Virus record (IMG/VR): IMGVR_UViG_3300035674_000001
Location: 1 to 64,000 of that record
Direction: 5' to 3' (one strand)
Origin: a virus
Length of the DNA stretch: 64,000 nucleotides
A program made the position numbers and the translations under genes. Shown here one piece after another: positions 62,692 through 64,000 of this stretch. The notes under the pieces are model-generated. The model made no database searches and had not been told where the DNA came from. It saw only the letters and a list, made by a program, of their open reading frames with translations. Numbering within the stretch: position 1 is the stretch's first letter; each line of letters begins with the position of its first letter.

Positions 62692-64000
62692 ATGTCTAAC
62701 AACACTGGCACAGGTTCATCGACTACTGGCAACACCATCAACAATAGTGCAGCAACACTTGATGCTTGTATGGTGCATGACATTTGCAGCCGGATTATTA
62801 AGAACAACTACATTCCGACAGCACCACAAAAAGCACTAGTCAAGCTTTGGTCATATACCACTCTCAAGCTAGTTGACAAAAACGTCATTGATACTGGCAA
62901 TTACCCTTTGATGGTTAAGTGTCTAGAAGGTTGGTTACGCACACAAGGCAAGCCAGTATTAGACACCCCTAATGAGTACCAGCCTAAGACCACGGGTTCC
63001 ATCATTGAAGTAGCTGCTAGCGTACCAGCAGCTACAGCAACACCCATGAGCGACAAGCCTAAGCCAATCAAGAAGAGTGATGCTGTCAGCAAGCCTAGCG
63101 AAATAGCAACATTTGACCACACCAGAATTCATGCCATTATGAACCAAATGGTTGCAACCAAAAATCTAGTCAATAAGCAAAAGGCTGAGAAAAAAGGCAA
63201 AGCTTACACCAATCAGCGCAAGCCTGTTATCACCCTGTCATATAAAGACGCTGTAACGGGTAGCCTTGAAGAAGTTGTGTTGAAGCAAACGCTTGATGCT
63301 GGTACAGGCAAAGATCCCGGCTGCACCTACATCAACGTCAACGGCGAATGGCTGTATCGACTTGGCACCAAAGGCAATCTAGACAAGAACCATAACACAT
63401 CATCTAAGTATGATTGGCTCGATAAATTTCTTGCTGAGTTCGCGGCTAATCCCGCTGAGGTTGCGGCTAAATCCGGTCACATATCATCTAAGTGTTGTGT
63501 TTGCAACCTTAAACTGACTGATAAGCGCAGCATCATTGTAGGGTATGGCAAGACATGCGCTGCCAACATGGGGTGGTCATGGGGTGAGGGTGTTACACCT
63601 AACTTACTCAGTGAAGAGTCACTTAACCCAAGTGCTGAGTCTGGCAAGCCTGAGGTCGTAGCTCCCACCCTAACAGAGGTTGAGCAAGCACTATCAGAGT
63701 ACAACAGCGTCAAGCTGCTAGGTGCTAGTAGTGGCACTAAAAAGCTTAAGGTATACAGCAAGATTGCAGCCTTGGCTAAGCAACTGCTACCTGACATTGA
63801 ACTAGGCAAGACAGCTCATTATTACGCCGATGCGCTAATCGCATGGTGCAAGAACCAACAACCCGCCATCAAGCCTGAATCAGCCAATAAGGTTAAACAG
63901 CCTAGCGCTTCTGTTGTAGAACCGCCATCTGTAACACTGCCTAAGCCTGCTAACGTAGCACCCGATGCACCCGTGCTTGATACCATTAACCCTCAAGTTG
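62692..64000 (+). CDS. large hypothetical protein, N-terminal 436 codons (runs off right edge), with internal Cys motif resembling DUF6011
   Basis: Hand translation from ATG 62692 is open to nt 64000 (MSNNTGTGSSTTGNTINNSAATLDACMVHDICSRIIKNNYIPTAPQK...). It contains SSKCCVCNLKLTDKRSIIVGYGKTCAANMGW. It is not in the ORF track because no stop lies in the window. The minus-strand ORFs 62901..63122, 62959..63147 and 63477..63809 are shadows. Confidence 0.65.
   Translation, partial: MSNNTGTGSSTTGNTINNSAATLDACMVHDICSRIIKNNYIPTAPQKALVKLWSYTTLKLVDKNVIDTGNYPLMVKCLEGWLRTQGKPVLDTPNEYQPKTTGSIIEVAASVPAATATPMSDKPKPIKKSDAVSKPSEIATFDHTRIHAIMNQMVATKNLVNKQKAEKKGKAYTNQRKPVITLSYKDAVTGSLEEVVLKQTLDAGTGKDPGCTYINVNGEWLYRLGTKGNLDKNHNTSSKYDWLDKFLAEFAANPAEVAAKSGHISSKCCVCNLKLTDKRSIIVGYGKTCAANMGWSWGEGVTPNLLSEESLNPSAESGKPEVVAPTLTEVEQALSEYNSVKLLGASSGTKKLKVYSKIAALAKQLLPDIELGKTAHYYADALIAWCKNQQPAIKPESANKVKQPSASVVEPPSVTLPKPANVAPDAPVLDTINPQV

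Noticed and set aside
894-63809. Many 60-125-aa ORFs in the track that lie antisense within longer genes. Examples: 894..1172, 4871..5248, 9477..9704, 9831..10052, 12165..12440, 13777..14001, 15404..15631, 16876..17073, 17256..17513, 18247..18438, 18298..18495, 18826..19134, 20311..20562, 20559..20867, 21161..21409, 21694..21921, 21775..21969, 23344..23526, 24713..24907, 30141..30350, 31926..32126, 35532..35744, 36267..36467, 38183..38371, 39360..39545, 39764..40012, 43112..43321, 44729..44923, 46591..46794, 47046..47252, 47702..47926, 48385..48681, 50484..50711, 51428..51634, 56825..57007, 58537..58746, 58942..59124, 59680..59952, 62901..63122, 62959..63147, 63477..63809.
   Set aside because: Each is fully embedded in a longer ORF that has recognisable motifs or operon context. 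Their compositions are skewed (Ser/Leu/Cys/Phe-rich or low complexity), and none has its own promoter, RBS or terminator. I treat them as shadow ORFs.
1-64000. CRISPR array, integrase/attachment site, transposase or IS element.
   Set aside because: There are no regularly spaced direct repeats of 25-40 nt. No ORF has tyrosine/serine recombinase or DDE motifs. The XRE and RHH-like regulators alone do not establish a lysogeny module.

Overview
The window reads as most of the genome of a tailed dsDNA bacteriophage, or the interior of a prophage. I saw no integrase, tRNA, rRNA, transposase or CRISPR array. It is AT-rich: single 60-nt lines counted by hand give about 35% G+C. Two patches are clearly richer at about 55-58%: the tail-fibre gene and the last 1.3 kb.

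About 84 protein-coding genes lie in strand-switching cassettes bounded by rho-independent hairpins.

Recognisable modules:
- Head and packaging, minus strand, 36139 down to 19683: large terminase, DUF1073-type portal, DUF2213-type scaffold, DUF2184-type major capsid protein, connectors and a tail fibre.
- Two further minus-strand virion blocks at 12080-7784 and 4510-1.
- Lysis cassette at 4542-7624, with a GH24 endolysin.
- Replication and recombination block at 12113-19676: sigma-region-4 protein, ERF annealase, DnaB helicase and a RusA-like resolvase.
- Nucleotide and DNA-modification operon at 42503-37013: SNF2 helicase fused to a DNA methylase, PAPS-reductase-like, MazG-like, Nudix and a SLOG-like protein.
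- An SF2 helicase carrying a C-terminal J-domain.
- A ParB-methyltransferase.

Most unusual observations:
1. A promoter-driven plus-strand operon (49645-57192) encodes about ten membrane proteins. It includes a membrane-anchored FtsK/TraB-like P-loop ATPase and two anchored murein hydrolases (M23 and SLT). It starts with a gene that has a candidate -1 frameshift on a T8 run.
2. A 9-mer, CTTGACTTT, occurs at least 22 times and almost only in intergenic spacers.
3. The DNA-modification operon.
4. The helicase-J-domain fusion.
5. A decayed SLOG/DprA-like gene next to a pyrimidine-rich candidate ncRNA.

Limits: CDS coordinates follow the supplied ORF track. I re-picked a start where an in-frame ATG or GTG had better context. 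Hairpin, promoter and motif coordinates were indexed by hand and may be off by 1-2 nt. All family names come from motifs recognised by eye; no searches were run.
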